Virus record (IMG/VR): IMGVR_UViG_3300012956_000024 | Coordinates: 2,166 to 66,165 of that record | Length of the DNA: 64,000 nucleotides | Strand: one strand, 5' to 3' | From: a virus | Taxonomy: Duplodnaviria > Caudoviricetes | Shown: positions 15,617 through 24,106 of the stretch, piece by piece | How positions within the stretch are numbered: position 1 is the first letter of the stretch | Layout: each line of letters opens with the position of its first letter | Made by a program: the position numbers and the translations under genes | Notes under the pieces: model-generated | Databases searched by the model: none | The model's input: only the letters and a program-made list of their open reading frames with translations | What the model was told of the DNA's origin: nothing

Positions 15617-17749
15617 ATGAGCCAGACAGCGAAATACCAGTACGAAAACTACCGTTACTGCATCGACAACGGACATCTTGATTGGCTGCTTAAAGCCGAG
15701 ACGTGCTTCAATTTCTGGCGCAGCCGGCAGTGGGATGAGGCGATCAAGGCCCAACGCATCCGTGAAGGGCGTCCAGCTTTCACGTTCAACATCATCGAAT
15801 CGTTGATTCGCGCCATGAAGGGCATCCAGCGCGCGTTGCGCAACGACGTGCGCTTCGCGCCAGTGTCGAATGCGTCCAACGAGTCAGCGCTCACGCAAGA
15901 CGCGTTGTGGATGCACATTCAGAACCAGAACAACCTCGACTTTCTCGAAGCGGACATCTACGAGCGCGGACTCATCATGAGCCGGGCGTACTACGAAGTG
16001 CGCGTGTCGACTGACAAGTCGACGCAAGGTGACGTAGTTATCAAGCCGCGGCGCAGCCGCGACATCATCCTCGATCCGACCGTTGACGAATACGACCCTG
16101 ACGACTGGCCCCAGGTTATCGACCGTCGCTGGGTGAGCTACGCCGATATGGTGCAGATGCACGGAAGAGAGAAAGCGAACGCCGCGCGGGCTATGGGGTC
16201 GCCGAATTATTTCCAGTACGAAGACGCGCTGTTTGCCGAAGACCTCATGCGGCAACCGTACTTCGCACACGGGCAAATGGAAGAGAGTCAGTACGCGCGC
16301 GCGATGTTGCTGCTCAGTCGACAGTACAACGTGTACAAGAACAAGGACGTCTTCATCAATCTGCAGACGGGCGAGACCAAAGAGATCCCCGAGACATGGG
16401 ACCGCAACCGCGTGTCCTTCGTGCTCGAACGCGCAAACCAGATGATCCCGAACAGCGTCGGGACGATCAACCGGAAAGTGAAGACGATTCGGTGGTGTGT
16501 AACGTGCAACGACGAGGTCATGCACGACTCTGACAGCCCCTATTCGCACTTCACCATCGTTCCGTATTTCCCGACGTTTGTTGAGGGCGAGACGATGGGC
16601 GCCGTCGAAACGCTGGTCGATCCGCAGCAGCTCTACAACCTGATGACGAACAGCGAGATCCACATCGTGGCGTCAACAGCGAACGGCGGGTACAAGGTCA
16701 GGAAGGGCAACCTGAAAAACATGACGCCGCAGGAGCTGGAGCGCAACGGCGCGCGAACGGGGTTGGTCATCGAAGTGGACGATGTGGCCCAGCTCGAAAA
16801 GTTCCAGCCAAACCAGCTCCCTGCTGGCCACGACCGGCTGAGTTCGAAATCCGAACAGCTGATGCGCAACATAGCCGGCGTGTCGAACAGCGGCCGCGGT
16901 TTTTCACGGGACGACGCGTCGGGCGACAAGGTCACGCAAGACCAAGCTGCGCAGGACATCAATTCGGCGTCGTGGTTGTCAAATCTGCATCGGTCCAAGC
17001 ATATGCTTGCGCGCCGCGTGCTCGACTGCGTGCAGTCTCACTACGACGGGCATCGCGAGTTCATGATTACGTCGGGCTCTATATTCGCGCCGAAAGCGAA
17101 GAAGGTCGAGATCAACGACGGCTCGTTCGTCAACGACGTGACCAGCGGCGAATACACAACGGTGCTCGTACCGTCGCCGTCGCGCACGTCCCTGTCGATC
17201 GAAGACTTCGAGCTGGTGATGAAGCTGCGCACCGAAGCCGGCATCCAGTTTCCCGACGAACTGCTCATCGAGCTGTCGCCGGCGTCGAACAAGGCTGCGC
17301 TCATCCAGGCGCTGGATGGTCAATCGGGCGACCGCGCCAAGGCAGCACAGGAAGCGGCAGCGGCACAAGCCGAAGTCGAGCTGGGGCTCGGACGCGCCAA
17401 GATCGAGAAAGAGAAGTCAGCGTCCAGCCTCAACTCCGCTCGCGCCGCGAAGTTCGCCGTCGAGACCGAGAGCGACCCGGATGCGGCGTACGAGCGCGTC
17501 GAACAAGAGCGTATCCAGGCAGACCGCGACGAGTCGCAGGAACGCTTGGCGATTGACCGCGAGCGCATCGCTATGGAAGAGCGTAACAGCCGCCGGCAGA
17601 CTGCGCTCGAGCTGACGAAGATCCACAGTCAGGAAACGATCGCCGCGAAGAACAACGAGGCCAAGGTGAAAACCGCGGCCATGAAACCCAAGCCGAAGCC
17701 GCCCACGAAATCGGGCGGCAAAGCAAAAACCCCCGCCCGAAAGAGGTAG
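15617..17749 (+). CDS. Portal protein (P22/N4-like)
   Basis: QWD...GRPAFTFN.I motif, 710 aa, long helical C-terminus, follows TerL. Confidence 0.9.
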   Translation: MSQTAKYQYENYRYCIDNGHLDWLLKAETCFNFWRSRQWDEAIKAQRIREGRPAFTFNIIESLIRAMKGIQRALRNDVRFAPVSNASNESALTQDALWMHIQNQNNLDFLEADIYERGLIMSRAYYEVRVSTDKSTQGDVVIKPRRSRDIILDPTVDEYDPDDWPQVIDRRWVSYADMVQMHGREKANAARAMGSPNYFQYEDALFAEDLMRQPYFAHGQMEESQYARAMLLLSRQYNVYKNKDVFINLQTGETKEIPETWDRNRVSFVLERANQMIPNSVGTINRKVKTIRWCVTCNDEVMHDSDSPYSHFTIVPYFPTFVEGETMGAVETLVDPQQLYNLMTNSEIHIVASTANGGYKVRKGNLKNMTPQELERNGARTGLVIEVDDVAQLEKFQPNQLPAGHDRLSSKSEQLMRNIAGVSNSGRGFSRDDASGDKVTQDQAAQDINSASWLSNLHRSKHMLARRVLDCVQSHYDGHREFMITSGSIFAPKAKKVEINDGSFVNDVTSGEYTTVLVPSPSRTSLSIEDFELVMKLRTEAGIQFPDELLIELSPASNKAALIQALDGQSGDRAKAAQEAAAAQAEVELGLGRAKIEKEKSASSLNSARAAKFAVETESDPDAAYERVEQERIQADRDESQERLAIDRERIAMEERNSRRQTALELTKIHSQETIAAKNNEAKVKTAAMKPKPKPPTKSGGKAKTPARKR

Positions 17750-17753
17750 CACC

Positions 17754-18839
17754 ATGAACACCGCTGATGATGCTGACGACGTTGTCGTCGACCCCGATGC
17801 TGAGCTGTTTTCACCGGAAGCGCTTGCTTTGCGCGACGCGATTGCGGCAGATGCCGCCGACAAGGACGACAAGGACGACAAGGACGACAAGGACGACAAG
17901 GACGATGCCGACGACAAGGACGACAAGGACGACAAGGACGACAAGGACGACAAGGACGACAAGGACGACAAGGACGACGAGGACGACAAGGACGACGAGG
18001 ACGACAAGCCGCGCAACGCCGACGGCACGTTCAAGGGCGACAAGTCGAACAGCGTAGCTCGCGCCAAAGCCATCAAGCAACGCGATGAGGCTCGTGCCGA
18101 GGCTGCTGCGCTCCGTGAACAGTTGGCCGCCGCAGCTAAAACTTCGGATGCGACCGCGGACGCCAAGGCGAAAGACGAGCCCGCGCCTGATCCTCGTCGT
18201 GTTGCGATCGACGCCAAACTCGACACGCTGTACGCGCAAGTCGAAGAACTTCGCGCCGATGCGAAAACGGCCGACGCCGCCAAGGTGCAGCGCGAAATCG
18301 ATACGCTGAATCGACAGCTCAACGTGCTCGACGCGGAAGAGATCTCGGTGCGAACGGCCACCAAGGTCACCGCCGCATCTCACCAGCAGCAGCTCGTCGC
18401 GGCTGACGATATGCGGTTCAACGCGTATCTCGATATGGTCGAAGCGCACGCGCCGGAGCTTGTGAAAGACAGTGATGACTACGATCCCGAAGTCGCCAAG
18501 GAATTTGCGCTGCTACTGCACAGCTACGAAAAAGGCGGTGGCTTGTCGGGCTCGCAGGCGCTGCGCAAGGCGTCGATCCTGCTGCTCAAGTACGACCCAG
18601 CGGCGGCGGCTAAGCCTGGCAAAGTCGAAACCGACAAACTTGCCTCGACGGAAAAGAAACCGCGCAAACAGGATATCGGCAAGGTGGTCGACCTCAACAA
18701 GCGCCAGCCCCCCGACGTAAGTGATCGCGGCGCAAGCAAGGATGCGCCCGCGATCGATCCGCGCAAGCTGACGGATGAAGAGCTGTTCGCGTTGCCTGAG
18801 AAGAAACTCCTGGAGCTGCGCGACGGCGGACTTTTCTGA
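17754..18839 (+). CDS. Capsid scaffolding protein with acidic DDK repeat
   Basis: Between portal and capsid; acidic N-terminus, coiled coil, C-terminal L.DEELFAL motif. Confidence 0.75.
   Translation: MNTADDADDVVVDPDAELFSPEALALRDAIAADAADKDDKDDKDDKDDKDDADDKDDKDDKDDKDDKDDKDDKDDEDDKDDEDDKPRNADGTFKGDKSNSVARAKAIKQRDEARAEAAALREQLAAAAKTSDATADAKAKDEPAPDPRRVAIDAKLDTLYAQVEELRADAKTADAAKVQREIDTLNRQLNVLDAEEISVRTATKVTAASHQQQLVAADDMRFNAYLDMVEAHAPELVKDSDDYDPEVAKEFALLLHSYEKGGGLSGSQALRKASILLLKYDPAAAAKPGKVETDKLASTEKKPRKQDIGKVVDLNKRQPPDVSDRGASKDAPAIDPRKLTDEELFALPEKKLLELRDGGLF
17859..18008 (+). repeat. 9-bp tandem repeat (GACGACAAG), 16 units plus a partial, encoding (DDK)n
   Basis: Read directly; one DDA and two DDE variants. 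Confidence 0.97.
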
Positions 18840-18845
18840 CGGTTT

Positions 18846-19026
18846 TCAACCAAGGGGCTTGCATTTAGCTCGCCCTTTGGTTTACTGTTCGTGCACCGTG
18901 CTCCGAGCGTCAATCGGAACGTCCAACGGAACGCATCCGTTCTTCGCTGGCTCAAGCGTTACTTGAGCGAAAAAAAGATGAGCCCTTCCTGGGCATTCCT
19001 TATTTTCCACAGCGGAGTATTTCGTC
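18846..19026 (+). promoter_or_regulatory. Structured leader of major capsid gene, possible sigma70 promoter
   Basis: TTGCAT-N18-TACTGT; several consecutive hairpins. Confidence 0.5.
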
Positions 19027-20139
19027 ATGGCTTCAACCAATTTCGCCGCCCAGACCGAAGAGCAACTGACCGTCTGGGAGCGCCAGTTCTGGCACGAGAC
19101 CATCAACAAGACCGAGTTCGCCATGTTCATGGGCACCGGTCCGGGCTCGATGATCCAGAAGATCACGACGCTCAAGCAGGGCAACAACGGCGCTCGCGCG
19201 GTCATTACCCTGATCAACGAGACGCTGAGCGACGGTGTCGTCGGTGACAACCCGCTGCTCAACAACGAGTCGGCGATGTCTTCGGACGAGGAAGTCATCA
19301 ACATCGACCAGTGGCGTGACGCTCACCGTACCACCGGTGAAATGAACGACATGCGGTCGCTGATCAACTTCCGCACGGCCGCCCGATTCTCGCTCAGCAA
19401 CATCGCTGCTCGCGTGCTCGACGAGCTGATTTCGCTGACCCTGTCGGGCGTCGCGTACACCTTCAAGCCGGACGGTTCCACCCGCGTCGGCTCGCAGCTC
19501 CCTCTGCTCGAGTTCGCGGACGACGTCAAGGTTCCGACCGCCAACCGTCACTACCGATGGGACGTCGCCACCGGTCTGACTGCTGCGGACACGTCCCAGG
19601 TCGCCATCGCAGATACGCCGAGTTGGGAAATGCTGGTCGACCTGAAGGCCCGCGCTGTCGAGTCGTTCATTCCGCCGATCCGCACCGAAGACGGTGTGCA
19701 GATCTTCAACGTCTTCATGTGTCCGCGCGGCATGGCGAAGCTCAAGAAAGATACGGACTTCATCGCTGCGTGGCGCGAGGCTGAAAAGCGCGGCGCGGGG
19801 AATCCGCTCTTCAAGGGCACGCGTCACGGCGGCAAGCAGGGCATCCTGATCGACGGCCTCAACATCCTCGAGTATCGCCACGTGTTCAACACGCTCGGTA
19901 CGGCGACGAAGTGGGGCGGCGGTGCGGTAGACGGCCAGCGTGTTCTGCTCTGCGGTGCCCAGGCGCTCGGCTTCGCCGACATCCAGCGTGCCCAGTGGCG
20001 CGAGGAAAAGATCGACTACCAGAACCAGCACGGTATCTCGATCGGCAAGAAGTTCGGCCTGCTGAAGCCGCAGTATTTCAGCACCCATACGCAGACGACG
20101 GAAGATTTCAGCGTCATCTGCGTCGACACCGCCATCTGA
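19027..20139 (+). CDS. Major capsid protein (N4-gp56/DUF4043-like)
   Basis: TNFAAQTEEQLTVW N-terminus, GVVGDN.L..NE, GISIGKKFGLLKP; strong codon bias. Confidence 0.92.
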   Translation: MASTNFAAQTEEQLTVWERQFWHETINKTEFAMFMGTGPGSMIQKITTLKQGNNGARAVITLINETLSDGVVGDNPLLNNESAMSSDEEVINIDQWRDAHRTTGEMNDMRSLINFRTAARFSLSNIAARVLDELISLTLSGVAYTFKPDGSTRVGSQLPLLEFADDVKVPTANRHYRWDVATGLTAADTSQVAIADTPSWEMLVDLKARAVESFIPPIRTEDGVQIFNVFMCPRGMAKLKKDTDFIAAWREAEKRGAGNPLFKGTRHGGKQGILIDGLNILEYRHVFNTLGTATKWGGGAVDGQRVLLCGAQALGFADIQRAQWREEKIDYQNQHGISIGKKFGLLKPQYFSTHTQTTEDFSVICVDTAI

Positions 20140-20152
20140 CCGGAGCACTGAC

Positions 20153-20542
20153 ATGGCCAACGAAAAGATCATTGCCCGTCAGTACAACCTGTCGGGCGTC
20201 GCAAAGCTCACGGTCGCGAACCTCGGTGCCGGCAACGGTGTCGACTTCGTTATCCCAGCGGGGGCGCTGCTTCTGCGTGCAGGAGTCATCGCGTCCGTCG
20301 CGTTCGATTCCGGCACGACAGCCACGGCCACGGTGACCGACGGGACGACCGTGTTCGTCAACGCACAGGACATCAAGACAGCGGCGGGTTTCGAGACAGC
20401 TGCAGTCGTCGGCAAGTACTACCCGACGGGCGGCACGATCTCGTGCAACATCGCGGAAACCGGTACCACGGCCACGGCTGGCGAGTGCGTGTTCTTCATC
20501 GAATACGTTCGCCTCGGTAGCCAGGCTGAAAACCAGTTCTGA
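20153..20542 (+). CDS. Capsid decoration/minor capsid protein
   Basis: Small beta protein following MCP, before terminator. Confidence 0.65.
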   Translation: MANEKIIARQYNLSGVAKLTVANLGAGNGVDFVIPAGALLLRAGVIASVAFDSGTTATATVTDGTTVFVNAQDIKTAAGFETAAVVGKYYPTGGTISCNIAETGTTATAGECVFFIEYVRLGSQAENQF

Positions 20543-20566
20543 CCACAGGTGGGTAGCCTGTAACTC

Positions 20567-20596
20567 AAGGCGGCGGGGAAACCTGCCGCCTTTTTT
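20567..20596 (+). terminator. Rho-independent terminator
   Basis: AAGGCGGCGG/CTGCCGCCTT stem plus T6. Confidence 0.9.
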
Positions 20597-20622
20597 CTAA
20601 CACCAACCCCGATAGGTGATAT

Positions 20623-21207
20623 ATGCCCAACGTGAAAGCTGCAAAACAGGCGAAGACCGTCAGCATGATCTCGCTCCGCGATGTCTCAGTACCGTCTCTC
20701 ACAGGCCATATCGTTCGGTTTGAAGCCGGCGTCGCTCGTGACGTGCCGGTGCACATGGTCGACGAAGCCATGAAGCTGGGCTGCGCGCCAACGGACAGCG
20801 TCAACCTGCCTTCCGATAGCGAGCTGGGTCGCAAGGCCGTTGACTTTGTCGGTACGCTGCGCGACTCGCTGTTGTTCCTCGCGTGCAAGACCGTCGCCGA
20901 AAAGAACGACTCGGCTGACTTCTCTGGGACCACGCCGAAGGGCGAGGTGCTTGGCGAGATCACGGGGTTCCGCGTGACCGCGAAGGAAGCCACGGCCGCG
21001 TTCCAGGTGTACATGGCCGCGCACAAGTCGGGCGAGACGCCCGAGCTGCATCCCAGCGCCGACAAGATCCTCATGGTCCAGCAGGCCAATACCAAAGCCG
21101 AGCTTGTGGAGCTGGCTGAGCTGTTCGAGTTTCCCAAGGAAGAATGGACGTCGAAGACCAAGTCGGAGCTGCATGAGTACCTGCTGGCGACGTTGCGCGA
21201 GGGCTGA
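20623..21207 (+). CDS. Hypothetical head-associated protein, 194 aa
   Basis: ORF, codon bias, position. Confidence 0.7.
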   Translation: MPNVKAAKQAKTVSMISLRDVSVPSLTGHIVRFEAGVARDVPVHMVDEAMKLGCAPTDSVNLPSDSELGRKAVDFVGTLRDSLLFLACKTVAEKNDSADFSGTTPKGEVLGEITGFRVTAKEATAAFQVYMAAHKSGETPELHPSADKILMVQQANTKAELVELAELFEFPKEEWTSKTKSELHEYLLATLREG

Positions 21208-21209
21208 GC

Positions 21210-21911
21210 GTGGCCACTACCACAGACGAGCTGCTGTCTGATTTCCGCGAGGACGTCGCCGACCCTCTCGAGGGCATCGACGCCTCGCACCCAGACAGTG
21301 ACAGTCTGTGGAGCAACGCCGTTATCTACCGATACATGACGGACGCGTGCGATAGGCTCGCGCGCGACACCAAGAGCCTGATCAAGTTGGCCACGTTGGC
21401 CTTCGAGATTGGGCAATCGCTGATCTCGTTGCCGCGGCACATCCTGCACGTTCACAGCGCGCGGTTGTCGTCGAACAACCGCGAACTGAAGCCCCACAAC
21501 GTCGACGATACGTCGGCGATGGCGATCAGCGACTACGGCATTCGAGCTAGCAGCTTCTCTCAGCTGTTCGACACGCATGGCGAGCCGCGCGTGTTCGTGC
21601 GTGACTACGATCAGCGAGGCATCCGCCTGGCGCCGATTCCGCAGCGCGCTGACGCGATCATCGCACAGTGCTCGATGGTTCCCGCGGTACCGCTGAGTGC
21701 GGGCATGATGCTGCCGTTCCTCGAGCGCCCGGACCAGCACTTGATACTGCTCTACATGAAGTACCTCGCTTATCGAAAGCAGGACGCAGACACGTACGAC
21801 TTGAAGCGTTCGAGCGAGTTCAAGGCAGAGTACGATGCGACCGTTCTCGACCGCGAGCAAGAGATTCGCAATATCAGACGCACGCCCGGTGTAGTGCGGC
21901 CGGACCTCTGA
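21210..21911 (+). CDS. Head-tail adaptor protein (DUF6682-like)
   Basis: FREDVAD...LWS...I.RY...A, YLAYRKQDADTYD. Confidence 0.75.
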   Translation: MATTTDELLSDFREDVADPLEGIDASHPDSDSLWSNAVIYRYMTDACDRLARDTKSLIKLATLAFEIGQSLISLPRHILHVHSARLSSNNRELKPHNVDDTSAMAISDYGIRASSFSQLFDTHGEPRVFVRDYDQRGIRLAPIPQRADAIIAQCSMVPAVPLSAGMMLPFLERPDQHLILLYMKYLAYRKQDADTYDLKRSSEFKAEYDATVLDREQEIRNIRRTPGVVRPDL

Positions 21912-22017
21912 TGTGCACCAAGATGCGCCTGTCGGCCACAGTGCTACTGGTTCTTCCGTTTCGGGCGCGGCGAGCACCGTAACACGGCCGACGGGCGCAA
22001 CCTTTACGGAGCGATAG

Positions 22018-23328
22018 ATGAGCCGGTTCGACGATCGTGAATCAGTCTCCTTCGGCCCGTGGCCCTTCGGGTCGAACAACCTTGCGCGCGAAGATTCGCT
22101 TCCGCGCGGTCATTTGCGCTTCGCGAAAAATACGGACATCTACCCGTCAGGCAAAGCGCGCGAGCGCCCTGGGTTTACGCTTCGTCAAGCGGTGGTCGGC
22201 GACTCGTTGTGGTCAGACGGTTCGCTCCTGGTGTACCGCGCTGACAACGAGCTGCGCCGGTTCGATCCGCAGACAAACACGTCGACGACCTTGTTCTCCG
22301 GCTTGTTCCCGGCAGGAGGCGATCTGGTGTACTGCGAGACGCCGCAGGGCATCTACATCTCGGACTCGCGTGATGCGTGGCACCTCGATCCGTATGCGCT
22401 GACCGTGCGTCCTTGGGGGCTGCTGCCACCGCAAGGCCCGCCGATGTGCGCGGCGTCGAACGACGGGGGTTTGTTCGCAGGGACTGTGCAGGTGGCCATT
22501 ACCTACAGCATGGCCAGCGGCGAAGAGTCAGGGGCTTCACCGGCAGTGAGCACGCTCATTCCAGCGTTTGGTGGGGTGCAGCTGTCCAGCATTCCGCAGC
22601 CGATGCAAGCGCACGCGGCGAGCATCAACGTCTACGCGACTGCGCCCAACGGCACAGAGTTCGAGTGGGTATCTCGACTGCCTGTCGGTACGACGTCCTA
22701 TCTGGTCGGCACGGGGCCGCGTGGGCGTGTGCTGCAGTCGCAGTTCTACACCAGCATGCCGGCGGGGCAGTGCGCGACCGAGTACAACGGCGTTCTGTAT
22801 GTGGGCGTCGGTCGGCTGCTCTTGTGGTCGCCGCCGCTCTGGTACGGGCAGTGCGACATGGTCGACAACTACATCGAGTTCGGCGCGGACATCGACATGA
22901 TCACGCCTGCAGGTCCGCGCGCAGGCGGTGGCGGTGTGTTCGTGGCGGCTGGGCGCAAGACGACGTTTCACCCTGGCGCGAAGCCGAAGGACTTCAAACA
23001 GGTGGACGTTGCGAGCGGCGCGATACGTGGATCGTGCGCGCGCGTACCGGGCGACATGTTCAAGATTCAGGGCTTGCCGAGCTACGAGCTTCCACTGTGG
23101 GTCGACCGCGACGGCTTCCTGACGCTTGGGCTTGCCGACGGCACGACGCTGCGCCCGACCAGTGATCGGTACGTGATGGAGCGCGGCGAAACGGCAGCGA
23201 CTTTCGTGCGAAGTCTGCGCGGCGTAAGTCAGTACGTGGTCACCATGCCGGGGCCGACGGCGAAGAGTGCGATGGCTTTCACCGACGCCGCCGAAATGAC
23301 ACTTATCCGCCGAGCTGACCCATGCTGA
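22018..23328 (+). CDS. Tail/head-completion structural protein (beta-rich)
   Basis: GGAG SD; position after adaptor. Confidence 0.7.
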   Translation: MSRFDDRESVSFGPWPFGSNNLAREDSLPRGHLRFAKNTDIYPSGKARERPGFTLRQAVVGDSLWSDGSLLVYRADNELRRFDPQTNTSTTLFSGLFPAGGDLVYCETPQGIYISDSRDAWHLDPYALTVRPWGLLPPQGPPMCAASNDGGLFAGTVQVAITYSMASGEESGASPAVSTLIPAFGGVQLSSIPQPMQAHAASINVYATAPNGTEFEWVSRLPVGTTSYLVGTGPRGRVLQSQFYTSMPAGQCATEYNGVLYVGVGRLLLWSPPLWYGQCDMVDNYIEFGADIDMITPAGPRAGGGGVFVAAGRKTTFHPGAKPKDFKQVDVASGAIRGSCARVPGDMFKIQGLPSYELPLWVDRDGFLTLGLADGTTLRPTSDRYVMERGETAATFVRSLRGVSQYVVTMPGPTAKSAMAFTDAAEMTLIRRADPC

Positions 23329-23519
23329 CATATACGAAAAAAGTGACGCCCCCTGACGCCGCCGCCTATGACGCCGAAGTGGAGAAGAGGCGCGAGCTGT
23401 GCGGTTCGTGCGAGAATAAGACAACGGTAGCCGGGGTTGATCTGTGCTCGCTGTGTCTTTGTGTGATTCGTGGTAAAACTGCTTTGCGCGGGGCACATTG
23501 CCCCATCAATAAATGGTGA
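23322..23519 (+). CDS. Cys-rich small protein (DUF6171-like)
   Basis: R..LC..C...C.LC.C...K......CP..KW. Confidence 0.7.
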   Translation: MLTYTKKVTPPDAAAYDAEVEKRRELCGSCENKTTVAGVDLCSLCLCVIRGKTALRGAHCPINKW

Positions 23520-23526
23520 GGGCAAT

Positions 23527-24105
23527 ATGAAAGACATCATCCGGCACTCTGCAGAGTTTCTCCGCGCGCTTCGCAACAAGCGCTTCGAGTCTCGTCCTGA
23601 CGGCAGCATCCTGCTCGCCGCGCAAGGCATCGTGTTCAAGGGCTTCGGCGGAATCCGAAACATCACCGCCAACGAGCCGTGGGAAGAGCACCAGAACGTG
23701 GTGACTGCGCAGGGCATCGGTGTGGTTCTGGCTTCGGGCATCACCGGCTCGTCCTGGTACTTCGCACCGTATTTCGCTGCCGTCACTCCGGTGGGCTCGA
23801 TCACGGCGGCGAACTTCAACTCGACGCAGACCGAGTTCACGAACTACGACGAAGCCACGCGCCAGTTGTGTGATTACGCAGACCCGGTGGCGGGTGTCAT
23901 CACGAACGCGGCGGCCGTTGCGACCATCACGATCGCTGGCGGCGCTCAGACGGCCATCTACGGCTTCGGTATCATGTCGGTCAGTGGTAAGGGCTCGGGC
24001 GCTGGGGCGTGTCTCGCGGTATCCCCGCTCGGTTCTGGCCGCACCGGGCTGCAGGACGGCGACGAGTACGGTCTGAAGCACACGATCACCGGTGTGAGCG
24101 CGTGA
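23527..24105 (+). CDS. Tail structural protein
   Basis: GAGG SD before ATG at 23527. Confidence 0.7.
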   Translation: MKDIIRHSAEFLRALRNKRFESRPDGSILLAAQGIVFKGFGGIRNITANEPWEEHQNVVTAQGIGVVLASGITGSSWYFAPYFAAVTPVGSITAANFNSTQTEFTNYDEATRQLCDYADPVAGVITNAAAVATITIAGGAQTAIYGFGIMSVSGKGSGAGACLAVSPLGSGRTGLQDGDEYGLKHTITGVSA

Positions 24106-24106
24106 T

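Noticed and set aside
17859-18008. DDK repeat as a FLAG-tag or cloning artefact
   Set aside because: No DYK, degenerate units, continuous with a natural scaffold gene
17417-18449. ORFs with LVV, SSL or TTR repeats that look like membrane or mucin proteins
   Set aside because: Alternative frames of the GACGACAAG repeat
21913-22017. In-frame GTG ORF ending in TAG just before the 22018 ATG (read-through or recoding)
   Set aside because: 22018 has its own GGAG SD; other genes end normally at TAG, so there is no sign of a reassigned code
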